The notes: generated from the letters alone by a model not told the origin. 57,093 nucleotides of DNA from a virus (IMGVR_UViG_3300030397_000312:1-57093); one strand, 5' to 3'; shown: positions 30,318-39,349, numbered from the stretch's first letter. A program made the numbers and translations.

Positions 30318-30959
30318 CTATGATGGTAATCTTGATCTTAATACCGCGCCCCAAGTCTGAACGAGTGTATCAAGGAATTCTGCGACAGCATTTGTAATTT
30401 GTTCGCGATCTCCCGCGTCTTCATCTGCTTCTTCTGTACTTTCACGCAGCATATTCGCCGCTGTCCGATACATGAGCATCGGATTTAAGTAAGTCATAAC
30501 CGGATCATCATCGTCTGGTCGGATAATACTAAAGACTGTTAAGCCTGAGCTTCCACTCCCTGCGGTATCTGGTGGTGGTACTACAGCGAAGTCAATGAGG
30601 AGGGTGCCAACAACCGAATCCAGACCTTCGGGAATATGGTCCGTAAACCAATATTCCGGCGTGCCGTCAGACTCGCTCTCCCAGGTACTTCGCACCCAAT
30701 CGAGAGTATCAGACGTGGCTTTTCGGAGCACGCCTTGGTTATATAGCACATCCAGGATACGATGTGTCTGTGCGTCCGGGGAATATATGCTCTGACTAAC
30801 GACCGTATCAATCGTCTCTTCCTGGGCAGTGAGGTCGAACTCACGTATGAGTTGGTCCAGTGCGCGTTTATATACTGTTTCAATCTCTTCATCGCGATTC
30901 GCATCCTTGATCCAGAGATAATCTTTGACTAAATCTTTAACATCAGTTGGTATCGGCAT
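30318..30959 (-). CDS. head-tail adaptor / tail ring protein
   Basis: Helical N-terminus, GTPEYW...VVPPPD motif shared with two paralogues. Confidence 0.6.
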   Translation of the reverse strand: MPIPTDVKDLVKDYLWIKDANRDEEIETVYKRALDQLIREFDLTAQEETIDTVVSQSIYSPDAQTHRILDVLYNQGVLRKATSDTLDWVRSTWESESDGTPEYWFTDHIPEGLDSVVGTLLIDFAVVPPPDTAGSGSSGLTVFSIIRPDDDDPVMTYLNPMLMYRTAANMLRESTEEADEDAGDREQITNAVAEFLDTLVQTWGAVLRSRLPS

Positions 30960-32350
30960 TAGTCATTCCCGCTTCTACGTTGATCTACAATCTTATGAGA
31001 TGCGACCTCTTTCTGTACTGGTCCTGGCATAAATCGTCGATCTCGCCGCAATCCTATCGCTTCCATAAACTGCTGCATGAGTCCCTGCACACGCTCGCTA
31101 ATCTTTCCTTCAGAGATGAGTGCGAGAGAGGCAGCATAGAGTGGCAGTAGGTTATGCCATACGGGGTCCACTGAGGGTGGCGCATATTTATCCGTCGCCC
31201 CATCTGGGACTTTCAAGCGTGTCACCTTAGCCGTAAAGCTCGCATTTGGCACGGGATAGAACCCCATTATTGTACCGCCAATCATATAATAGAACTCTGG
31301 CGTTCCAGTCGTTGAGTTCCAATTTGCATCGAGTGCTTGTAAATGTGCAATATGAGATTCTTGTAATGCGACATTATTAATCGCGACTCTGAGTGGCGCG
31401 ATAAAATCCGAGAATGTATTATGTATTTTATAGGTCGCCGTGCCACTCGTAATGGACAGATCGCCTGTTTCCTCTCCTAGTGCGCGATAGATGGTGACAA
31501 ATAATTCCGCTTGCTCTAGGAAGACACGCACTTGCGTCTCTGTATGGAAAAGTCCATCCTCATCATCAATTAATCGCTGCGTTCGCTCAATCAGCGTACT
31601 CCATGACTCTTCCTGTGCACCAAGCAAGTAGAAGTTAATATGATCTGATGCTATAGGATTCATTCCTAATGTAATCACATCGCCAGTATCATCTGAAATA
31701 TATTCTGTTGCTGCCGCGAGATAATCTGTCCGCTCATCAAAGAGCTGACCATTCAGTGTTGTGAGCAATCGCGGCTTATCTCCACTAATCTGCCCTGTCT
31801 TTGTTAAGGTATATGCAGCATTGGTGCCATCCTGCGAGCCAGTAAACGCGAGTGTTGCGGTATTCGTATCTGTTGGGACCGGCAAAAAAGCTTCAATACG
31901 ATCCGTCCGAAATGGCGCTGTCCAGAAGGATATACTATCCGTATCCGTGCCAGTTGTGTACGTTATTTCATTTGCACCTGGTCCAGATGCAACCTCTTCA
32001 CATGCGAGACCATTAAAGAAGATTAGTGCATTCGTACTACTTGGTTTTGCTTTAATCGTAAATGTCTGATTACTATTGTCGATATCGCCAGTCAGTTCTG
32101 TTCTCCGCAGCGACGTGAGAATATTGTCCTGCACAAACGCCCAGAATCCATCTCCTGAATTAGGCGCAAGGCCCACCTCTATAGCTGTTCCCGTAACGGT
32201 ACATTCCCCTACTCCTGGAGTACCTCCGACAACATCGAGGATAAGTCCATTATGAATAATGAGCACTAATCCACCTGTCGCTGGCGTTGTGTCCAACGTA
32301 AAGGAAGTAATTGCTCCATCTGGAGATTCTGAAAAACCAGCCTTAACCAT
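30959..32350 (-). CDS. tail ring protein with three N-terminal beta-sandwich repeats
   Basis: Three repeats G..DG.N..FT....NG; C-terminal adaptor domain GTPEFYY...GFYPVPN. Confidence 0.6.
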   Translation of the reverse strand: MVKAGFSESPDGAITSFTLDTTPATGGLVLIIHNGLILDVVGGTPGVGECTVTGTAIEVGLAPNSGDGFWAFVQDNILTSLRRTELTGDIDNSNQTFTIKAKPSSTNALIFFNGLACEEVASGPGANEITYTTGTDTDSISFWTAPFRTDRIEAFLPVPTDTNTATLAFTGSQDGTNAAYTLTKTGQISGDKPRLLTTLNGQLFDERTDYLAAATEYISDDTGDVITLGMNPIASDHINFYLLGAQEESWSTLIERTQRLIDDEDGLFHTETQVRVFLEQAELFVTIYRALGEETGDLSITSGTATYKIHNTFSDFIAPLRVAINNVALQESHIAHLQALDANWNSTTGTPEFYYMIGGTIMGFYPVPNASFTAKVTRLKVPDGATDKYAPPSVDPVWHNLLPLYAASLALISEGKISERVQGLMQQFMEAIGLRRDRRFMPGPVQKEVASHKIVDQRRSGND

Positions 32351-32535
32351 TATCTCAACCTGAAATCGCGACCCTTTTTCTTCTCTAATGCACGACGGAT
32401 ATTCCCTGACCCGCGGAGCTTTTCATTGCCTTCGTACTCGTGCGTACCCTTCTTGAATCGTTTCTTCTTCTTTGATTCTAGTCGTTTACCAAACTCTGGC
32501 GGAAATTTACTTTCTCTATCCTTTAATCGCCCCAT
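32350..32535 (-). CDS. small K/R-rich protein
   Basis: 61 aa, TAATG-coupled on both sides. Confidence 0.6.
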   Translation of the reverse strand: MGRLKDRESKFPPEFGKRLESKKKKRFKKGTHEYEGNEKLRGSGNIRRALEKKKGRDFRLR

Positions 32536-32975
32536 TACACACCTAACACTATATATCGGAACTCATATCGCTCATCTGCCGTTGGCGTTCCTGGGTTCGT
32601 TAACGTAATAACTAAGGTTGTTGCTGTCGTTGTCCATGTGCACGTAACTGCTTCAGTAGGGTCCGTAATATTATATCCAACAACAAGAGCAATTGGCGCG
32701 GAAGTAAATGTCCCATCGCCAAACGTGAGTGTCGCAGTTGGGTTTGCTCCCTGACTACCTCCGGTTGCATCAAGATTCATGGAGCCGATCTGATCATTTC
32801 CTGTCACCGCATTCACATGTCCGGTTGCGCCCCAATTTGCATGGAGTGCCCAATCACCAGCGACCGTGGCATTCCCCGTACAATGGAGTCGATATCCAGA
32901 GACTTTCGTGGTGCCTGCTAATTGTGCTACACTAAAAGGGCTTTCGCACTGATCTGCCCGTACTGGTCCTGCCAT
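32535..32975 (-). CDS. putative structural/fibre protein
   Basis: Thr/Gly-rich beta protein, LTFGDGTFTSAP...RYIVLG. Confidence 0.5.
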   Translation of the reverse strand: MAGPVRADQCESPFSVAQLAGTTKVSGYRLHCTGNATVAGDWALHANWGATGHVNAVTGNDQIGSMNLDATGGSQGANPTATLTFGDGTFTSAPIALVVGYNITDPTEAVTCTWTTTATTLVITLTNPGTPTADERYEFRYIVLGV

Positions 32976-33356
32976 TTAATACCCCCACCTATGTGGATAA
33001 TTTTGTGCGCCCATCATCTGCTGTACTGTCTGCTGCGGATAGCGTTGTCGCATATACTGTTGCATCGCCATGCGAATCTGATCTGTCATCATCTGATGTT
33101 GACTCTGGCCTGGCGGCTGCGCGGGTTGCGACTGTACCTGCTGGGGTGATGCGCCATTCATCTGCTTCTGCATTTGCTGCTGTGGCGTATTATGTTGTCC
33201 ATATTGCTGCGGATTCAGCATTGGATTCGCCTGTGCATTCTTATTATTCGGATTCGGGAACTGGTCCATATTATGCATCATCTTATTCGCATAACCCCAG
33301 CCTCGGAACGAGAAGGGATTCCGTGGAAACCCTTGCCCGAGAAAATCCTTCTCCAT
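32976..33356 (-). CDS. Gln/Met/Asn-rich low-complexity protein
   Basis: ORF; likely leaderless start MEKDF 7 nt after a -10 box (track start is 33368). Confidence 0.55.
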   Translation of the reverse strand: MEKDFLGQGFPRNPFSFRGWGYANKMMHNMDQFPNPNNKNAQANPMLNPQQYGQHNTPQQQMQKQMNGASPQQVQSQPAQPPGQSQHQMMTDQIRMAMQQYMRQRYPQQTVQQMMGAQNYPHRWGY

Positions 33357-33363
33357 CTTATTA

Positions 33364-33399
33364 ATCATAATATACCTTCACTATGCTAGTCAAGGAAAA
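33364..33399 (-). promoter_or_regulatory. conserved phage promoter
   Basis: TTTTCC-TTGACT-N18-TATGAT. Confidence 0.65.
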
Positions 33400-33412
33400 T
33401 TTACTATTCAAA

Positions 33413-34327
33413 CTATAAGTCCAAAAGCAAGTCGTGACGTGACGCAAAATCGTCACTAACTTCATTACCTCTTTCGCTGTTCCTCTGCGCATGGGGAGCA
33501 CCAAAGGCATTTATATCTCTCATTTGTAATTCTTGCAATGTCGCTATAGATTGCTGCTCCCATTTATCCGCTACCGAGAACCATTTCTGAGCATCTTGTG
33601 GGTCTTTCTCAGCTAAGGCAATGGACATCGCCGCCTGAGCTGCGGTAGATTTAATGAGTACAGTGACAATCATTTCCTCCAAGGTAGTGCTATTAGAAGT
33701 AAGAGCAAACGACAACATCTTCATTCCGACATAATTGAAATGATCCTGTGTATTCGGCACTGGCCACAATTCAATAATCCGTCCGCCACCACTCCCGAAC
33801 CCACTATACGAGTAATAGAGCGGGTCTCCTGAAGATTGCCGCGACTCATCTAAGTCTGCGAGGTCTTCATGGGTGACTTCAATAAGGTCTCGCCCACCTC
33901 CAGAGATGGATATAAGATACCAAACCGCCGGATCAAGCTCGTACCGAGCCTGGTTAAGTGTGTAAGTCTTGCTGGCACCCGTGGTCCCACCATAATTGTA
34001 CTTGAGTGTGCCAGTTGTCGTATTAGTGAATAAGTTAACCCGGTAAAAGTCCGAGTCAACCCGTAGGTATCCATCGTCATAATCACTCGTAAATGCAGTT
34101 GACGCACCCGCGATAGTCTTCGCTGCGTTTGTTAATGTTATCGTACCTCCAGAAAGCTCCGCAAAGGTGTTAAATTCGCCATCTAATTTGGCGAATGACC
34201 ATCCCCACGTATTCGCGAGTTCGCGGTACTGTGTCTCCAAGAGCGCACGAATAGCAGGCCCTTCGAGCTTATGGTGTACCATTGAAAGGATACGCCCTTC
34301 AATCTCTTTAACAGTCAGTCCCCCCAT
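33413..34327 (-). CDS. head-tail adaptor / tail tubular protein A-like
   Basis: WGWSFA, SGDPLYY...IELWPVPN; inserted GTITLTN..IAGASTAFTS domain. Confidence 0.65.
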   Translation of the reverse strand: MGGLTVKEIEGRILSMVHHKLEGPAIRALLETQYRELANTWGWSFAKLDGEFNTFAELSGGTITLTNAAKTIAGASTAFTSDYDDGYLRVDSDFYRVNLFTNTTTGTLKYNYGGTTGASKTYTLNQARYELDPAVWYLISISGGGRDLIEVTHEDLADLDESRQSSGDPLYYSYSGFGSGGGRIIELWPVPNTQDHFNYVGMKMLSFALTSNSTTLEEMIVTVLIKSTAAQAAMSIALAEKDPQDAQKWFSVADKWEQQSIATLQELQMRDINAFGAPHAQRNSERGNEVSDDFASRHDLLLDL

Positions 34328-35034
34328 TAGCTATCTTCCTTTCGTAAAATCCTTGACATACTATTAAACCTGTGATATAATATCCCCATATTATCAATCA
34401 AGGAGTTAGTATGGGAAAACTTATTGATAGAGTTGGGCAGCATTTCGGTCGTCTCGTAGTTTTGGAACGAGCGGCTAATAGAGGGAAAAAGACCGCCTGG
34501 ATATGCGAATGCACATGCGGCAACAAAACAACCGTCACTAGCACCAGCTTGGTAGCTGGGGATACTGCTAGTTGCGGGTGCCTTGCTCTCGATACGCGGA
34601 CTAAACATAACATGTCCCAATATCCTGAATATCGAGTATGGCTCGCCGCTAAGAGTCGTTGTTTCAATATTCGGGATAGATTCTATAGTCGATACGGTGG
34701 GCGCGGAATCACTATGGATAAAGATTGGGCTGCATCGTTTGAAATATTTATTCGAGATATAGGTAGACGGCCTTCGTCTCAACATTCTTTGGATAGGATT
34801 GATAACGACAGGGGCTACATGTCCGATAATTGTCGATGGGCAACACGTATTGAGCAGTCTCACAATACCTCCGCCAATCGCAATTTGACCCATAATAACA
34901 TCACCCTCCCATTGGAGGAATGGGCACGAAGAATTGGCATCACTGGTAATGCTCTGCGATGGCGCATTGGAGCCTGGGGACAGGACAAAGCCCTGAGTAC
35001 TCCTAAAGGGTAATTTAGCTGTCAGTCCTGCCAT
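34327..35034 (-). CDS. antisense bridging ORF across the HNH insertion (expression unproven)
   Basis: Starts MAGLTAK 3 nt after the upstream stop and ends TAATG on the ring-gene start. Confidence 0.35.
   Translation of the reverse strand: MAGLTAKLPFRSTQGFVLSPGSNAPSQSITSDANSSCPFLQWEGDVIMGQIAIGGGIVRLLNTCCPSTIIGHVAPVVINPIQRMLRRRPSTYISNKYFKRCSPIFIHSDSAPTVSTIESIPNIETTTLSGEPYSIFRILGHVMFSPRIESKAPATSSIPSYQAGASDGCFVAACAFAYPGGLFPSISRSFQNYETTEMLPNSINKFSHTNSLIDNMGILYHRFNSMSRILRKEDS
34353..34381 (+). promoter_or_regulatory. consensus sigma70 promoter for the inverted HNH gene
   Basis: TTGACA-N17-TATAAT followed by AAGGAG SD. Confidence 0.8.
34411..35013 (+). CDS. HNH-type homing endonuclease, inverted orientation
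   Basis: FGRLVV..WICECTCG..SCGC..RYGGRGI..SLDRIDNDRGYMSDNCRWAT. Confidence 0.9.
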   Translation: MGKLIDRVGQHFGRLVVLERAANRGKKTAWICECTCGNKTTVTSTSLVAGDTASCGCLALDTRTKHNMSQYPEYRVWLAAKSRCFNIRDRFYSRYGGRGITMDKDWAASFEIFIRDIGRRPSSQHSLDRIDNDRGYMSDNCRWATRIEQSHNTSANRNLTHNNITLPLEEWARRIGITGNALRWRIGAWGQDKALSTPKG

Positions 35035-35037
35035 AAT

Positions 35038-35346
35038 TTAATCCAGTTGTTCACTAATCAGCCAGCCGCCGACTGGTGGTACAATCACCTTTGCGGCACT
35101 CCATAGAACACCCGAAATCGTGGTCGGGTCACTTCCTTTACTCTCTATAATCACCGCTGGTGGCGGTAATGCTGGACATGGTTCTGGTTGCTTCACACAT
35201 TTCTGTAAGTATTTCGTTGCATATTTATTATAAAGTAATGCAGAATCTTCTATTGCCTCATTGCCACGCAATGCTTGCGACGTCGAACATCCACTCAATA
35301 TAATCATGAGGGTCGCGATTAAAATAATCTTAAGAGCCGTTATCAT
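35038..35346 (-). CDS. lipoprotein, o-spanin-like
   Basis: Lipobox LSG-C; Pro/Cys-rich segment. Confidence 0.6.
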   Translation of the reverse strand: MITALKIILIATLMIILSGCSTSQALRGNEAIEDSALLYNKYATKYLQKCVKQPEPCPALPPPAVIIESKGSDPTTISGVLWSAAKVIVPPVGGWLISEQLD

Positions 35347-35674
35347 ACCTATCCGCCTCTAGGCGATCTAACCGTTTCTCATTTTGTTCTACAATCGCTA
35401 ATACCCTACCGAGCTGCTGTTGAGACTTAAGAAATGTTTCATTCATTTTTTCAATACGCCTAAGTCCATCATTAAGTTTTGCCTTATCGCGAACGTATGG
35501 AGCTTGATGTTCTAGTTGCTCTGTAGTCACAAAATTCGCGGCTGCCTGTGTATATTCTAATCGTAAATCTTGAATATCTCCCTTAATATGAATAACGATT
35601 CCAAGATACATAGCCGCGCCCGTTAGTAGCGCTGTTGTAATTACAGGCAATAAGTGGTCTTTCCAATTTGTCAT
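35330..35674 (-). CDS. single-TM coiled-coil protein (i-spanin- or holin-like)
   Basis: N-terminal TM then heptads; overlaps the lipoprotein gene. Confidence 0.55.
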   Translation of the reverse strand: MTNWKDHLLPVITTALLTGAAMYLGIVIHIKGDIQDLRLEYTQAAANFVTTEQLEHQAPYVRDKAKLNDGLRRIEKMNETFLKSQQQLGRVLAIVEQNEKRLDRLEADRYDNGS

Positions 35675-35823
35675 TATCGTCTCCGAGGGCGAAAAATCGG
35701 CTTATACGTGGCTGTCACAGCGACATCGCCTGCACCAGCTTGACCCGAACTCCAGGTCCAAATCGTTCGCAACTGATAATGTTGAGGCTGGTAAATATTT
35801 CCATATGTCCATTGGACAATCAT
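35674..35823 (-). CDS. 49-aa protein ending FRPRRR
   Basis: Manual translation; TAATG-coupled on both sides. Confidence 0.6.
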   Translation of the reverse strand: MIVQWTYGNIYQPQHYQLRTIWTWSSGQAGAGDVAVTATYKPIFRPRRR

Positions 35824-36866
35824 TATGTACTCTGCGTATAAATCGTAATCAGGCGATCATCACTCGTTGCAGCAGTAAATCGTAACGTAACCACATCTGC
35901 ATTCATTTCTGTTGCGGTTAAATCTACTTTATACATACCATTTGCGATCTCTGATTCTGCGTTTGTTAATGCCGCGAATGCTCCACCATCTTTACTAATC
36001 GTGCCAGTAATCGTCTCGCCGGTCTGTGGAGTCACATGATCAGTGCTATTAACCATCAGGAAGCTGAAGTTACTGACCGCGACATTCTTCGTGAATTTGA
36101 CAGGAAGGTCTGCGATCAGCGCATCAACATTTGTATCAATCGTATCAATCTTTGTATCTAATCCGCTGATATCTGAAGTTAATTCTGCACGAGTGGGTGG
36201 ATCGTAGGCATTTAGTGCGTCCGTACATTCGCTCTGTACTTCAGCATCCCAGCTAGCGTTCCAAGGTATTGCAGTTAATCCCGCTCCGGCTGCACCAATT
36301 TCAGCCGTATCTAAGAGAATAGCATCAACAATGAGGTCTAATCGCCCACCATCAGCCCAATCGCCCTGGAGTTCATTGGTATCAGTCTCGATATCATTAA
36401 TATTTGTATTCATCGCATCGAGGTCTAATCCACCAGCATTACTAATGGGTAATCCACCAGCAGCATCAGCATTTGCATTCGGCAGTGCTGTGAGTCCCAT
36501 GCGTGTTGCATCTTCAGGATCAAAGTCTACTAATTGATATTCTTTATGAACGGGATGAAAACCTGCGGCTTTGACCGTACAGACTACTTGACTCACACCA
36601 GTGGCAAACGCAGCATCAGGCCAATCGACACGATATAACCCAGGTTGATCTGTACCGTCAACTTCAAACATCGTATTATCACTATGGGCACTATCTATTC
36701 CGGCAAGTGCAGTTGCATCTACCTTTGCAGATGGGGCAGCTCCGTTACGAACGTACTGCAAATCGAAGTCGGTGATTGTTGCGCCTGTCTCAGGCGTACC
36801 ATCAGAAGAATCTTGCACAAAAACATAATCGGTAATATTCGTACTACCCTTTTGAATGAGTCTCAT
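35823..36866 (-). CDS. putative fibre/appendage protein
   Basis: Similar Ig-like domains at both ends (PGLYRVD / NGMYKVD) joined by IDTIDT-type coiled repeats. Confidence 0.55.
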   Translation of the reverse strand: MRLIQKGSTNITDYVFVQDSSDGTPETGATITDFDLQYVRNGAAPSAKVDATALAGIDSAHSDNTMFEVDGTDQPGLYRVDWPDAAFATGVSQVVCTVKAAGFHPVHKEYQLVDFDPEDATRMGLTALPNANADAAGGLPISNAGGLDLDAMNTNINDIETDTNELQGDWADGGRLDLIVDAILLDTAEIGAAGAGLTAIPWNASWDAEVQSECTDALNAYDPPTRAELTSDISGLDTKIDTIDTNVDALIADLPVKFTKNVAVSNFSFLMVNSTDHVTPQTGETITGTISKDGGAFAALTNAESEIANGMYKVDLTATEMNADVVTLRFTAATSDDRLITIYTQST

Positions 36867-37580
36867 TTAAACAAGACCTCCACTTAATCCTTGCATACCG
36901 AATCGCAATTTCCCTGGTAGCAGTAACGTATTCACTCCCCCACCGGCACCCGCCTCGGCAATCTCCGCTATCCCAGCTACCATATCGTGACTACCTGTTG
37001 CGGACCATGTACAATCCGTATCCGTATCATCGTATGCATCATGGTATTCCGTTGTAGGGTTCACGTAGTTTGTTGAAGTGCCAATTTCTACCCATCCAGC
37101 TTCCGCCGTAAAGGTCGCATTATTGTCTTGACACGCGCCGGTAATTGCAATACTCCCCGAAGCAAGACCAGCTAATGCATTTGTTGTGATGCTACTTGCG
37201 GCTGTCACCGTATTAAATGTGGCAACTTCTGGGACTGGCGTTGTCGTATCCGCTCCTGTCACTTCATTAATACGCCAGGCACATCCAGTTTGGTTCGTGC
37301 CAAATCCGATATCGAGCGTTCCGCCTCCTGGAGAACTCCCGGCAAATCCGTACGCAAGCGTTAGTCGCCTGTTCGTCGTTGTAGCGGTGTTGCTAATCGT
37401 AAAAGATGATACATCAGGATGTGAGACGCTCGATACGGTCCCCGCTCCACCATTATCGCTATTCGTAATCCATACCCAGACCAATGCATCAGCGGTCGGA
37501 GTAATAGACGCACTCGAATAAGATGATACATTAGAGCTACTATGCCCCTGCGTGAGCTGAGTAGGGGTACCAAGTGCCAT
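36867..37580 (-). CDS. Ser/Thr-rich putative virion appendage protein
   Basis: Beta-rich composition, GGG linker before a short C-terminal tail. Confidence 0.5.
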   Translation of the reverse strand: MALGTPTQLTQGHSSSNVSSYSSASITPTADALVWVWITNSDNGGAGTVSSVSHPDVSSFTISNTATTTNRRLTLAYGFAGSSPGGGTLDIGFGTNQTGCAWRINEVTGADTTTPVPEVATFNTVTAASSITTNALAGLASGSIAITGACQDNNATFTAEAGWVEIGTSTNYVNPTTEYHDAYDDTDTDCTWSATGSHDMVAGIAEIAEAGAGGGVNTLLLPGKLRFGMQGLSGGLV

Positions 37581-38650
37581 TAGGGAACCTTTATGATCCT
37601 TTCTACCGTATCTGGCTGTAGACTCGGTACTTGTTCCATATCTACATTAGTGATAGTTACACCGGGTTTTGTCACTATGACCGCATCTTCCCAAATTTGC
37701 TTTGACTGATATACGCCTTGACTACCGCAGACGCCCGCGACACCATGCACCACACCGCAGCCGTGGATATCGACATTCTCGACATTAATAGTCACATTAT
37801 TCCAACCCCCGCCACCTTGTGGGTCAAGGAGTAATTTTTCCCCAGACCCTACCCCAAGGACTTGCAGGTTGACATCTTGCCCATTAGGATCATAATCACA
37901 CTGTCCGTCTCCACCACCAAAAGATGTGCCATTACATACCGTACGCCAATCATCGCAGGGTCCATTCTCATTAATCTCCGACTCTTGGCCTCGTACTGAA
38001 TCATGCATACAGGTGGTTGGCGTGATAACAACATCACCACCAAAGCGACATCGCACCCTCGTGAAGCTATTATTGCCTCCGGTGTCTTTAATACATGGAA
38101 AATTCAATCGCGGCTTCAATAAATTCGCACCAACGATATGATTATCATTGCCGGTAATTAAAAAATTGCCATGCGATTTCTGAATACGTCCATTGATGAC
38201 TGTCGCGCCATCTGCTTCTATCTTTAACCCAGCAGAGACTTCATCATTCGTCGAGCCAATTTCATAAACTTCCATATGGAAATTATCTGCGGTATCAGCG
38301 ATCACCACTCCACCATCACATCCTGGCTTGACTTCAAAATGATATAACTCTACATCATCTCCAGTCACATGCACAGCGATCCCACTATGATTGTTATCAC
38401 AGACCACTTTACAGCCAGCGTCGAGGTCGTATTTATAATCTTCAGGTATGCAACCAGCATTATCTTCAAAAGTGATAGTCTTTTCCACATTAAGGAATTT
38501 TGTACTATGAATAACATCGGTAACTGTAATGTTACCATCTGTTTCGCATATCACACCAGGAATAGTACTTGGACAATCAACGACATGATCAAATGCAGCA
38601 TAAGCACTTGATGGTATCAATAGCATTGCTAATAGTAAAAATATTTTCAT
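37580..38650 (-). CDS. Cys-rich parallel beta-helix-like protein with signal peptide
   Basis: MKIFLLLAMLLIPSSAYA; repeats such as GxxIxADxxxVxN; 14 Cys. Confidence 0.6.
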   Translation of the reverse strand: MKIFLLLAMLLIPSSAYAAFDHVVDCPSTIPGVICETDGNITVTDVIHSTKFLNVEKTITFEDNAGCIPEDYKYDLDAGCKVVCDNNHSGIAVHVTGDDVELYHFEVKPGCDGGVVIADTADNFHMEVYEIGSTNDEVSAGLKIEADGATVINGRIQKSHGNFLITGNDNHIVGANLLKPRLNFPCIKDTGGNNSFTRVRCRFGGDVVITPTTCMHDSVRGQESEINENGPCDDWRTVCNGTSFGGGDGQCDYDPNGQDVNLQVLGVGSGEKLLLDPQGGGGWNNVTINVENVDIHGCGVVHGVAGVCGSQGVYQSKQIWEDAVIVTKPGVTITNVDMEQVPSLQPDTVERIIKVP

Positions 38651-38654
38651 AATA

Positions 38655-38692
38655 ATAAAAAAGGGGAGGGGTTATCTGCCCACTCCCCTATA
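38655..38692 (-). terminator. rho-independent terminator
   Basis: AGGGGAG...CTCCCCT stem followed by a T run. Confidence 0.75.
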
Positions 38693-38710
38693 ACGCCTCA
38701 TGCAAGGGTT

Positions 38711-39349
38711 TTATTTAAATTGCGATTGTACTTTCTCAATGTAAGTCTTCAGTTTTCTGACAGCTTCCATGAGTTCTTGTTTTTCGTCACTGAGTTTCTT
38801 GAGATGCTCATTAGCGAGTAATTGTGCTTTATCGCGACTCTCTTGAATCTCTTGAATATTCTGAAGGAAGCCTTCTTTACGAACCTTAAACTCTTCTTCA
38901 AGTTTTGCAGTTAACGCACTATATTCCTGCTGTTTATCTTTAATCTTTTTCGTATAGCTCGCGACTGATTTCTTTGCATCTTCTTTCTTTTGCGTAAAGA
39001 TGGCTATTTGTTCATTTGCATTCTTTATCGCAGTTTCGATTTCCGCCATCTTACCTTCACGATAATTTGCTAATGCTTGCTCTAATCCTTCTTGTTTACT
39101 ACGCGCCTCTTCTTCAAAAGCTTCACGCTTATCAGCAATGACCTTCTCGACACTTTTGATCTCTTTCTCAAGAGTGTCTTTTTGATCATAAAGCCCATCC
39201 ACCTTACTCGCAATCCCACTCACCTTTTCTAATGCTTCGTGCAATTTTAACCATGCTCTAAATTCCGCCCGACGGGGATTCAATGCGGAATAAAGGCTCG
39301 CGAGTTCCTTCGCGTCAACTTGTGTAAATTTCGATTTACTATTAGCCAT
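38711..39349 (-). CDS. coiled-coil protein
   Basis: E/K-rich heptads; start re-called to MANSK. Confidence 0.6.
   Translation of the reverse strand: MANSKSKFTQVDAKELASLYSALNPRRAEFRAWLKLHEALEKVSGIASKVDGLYDQKDTLEKEIKSVEKVIADKREAFEEEARSKQEGLEQALANYREGKMAEIETAIKNANEQIAIFTQKKEDAKKSVASYTKKIKDKQQEYSALTAKLEEEFKVRKEGFLQNIQEIQESRDKAQLLANEHLKKLSDEKQELMEAVRKLKTYIEKVQSQFK

Noticed and set aside
20970-33330. NPFSF motif shared by the 575-aa and Q-rich proteins
   Set aside because: Only five residues in two proteins; could be chance without homologue support.
28929-35013. Group I introns or inteins hosting the HNH genes
   Set aside because: There is no flanking non-coding space for a ribozyme core and no intein motifs; the HNH genes abut neighbouring ORFs.
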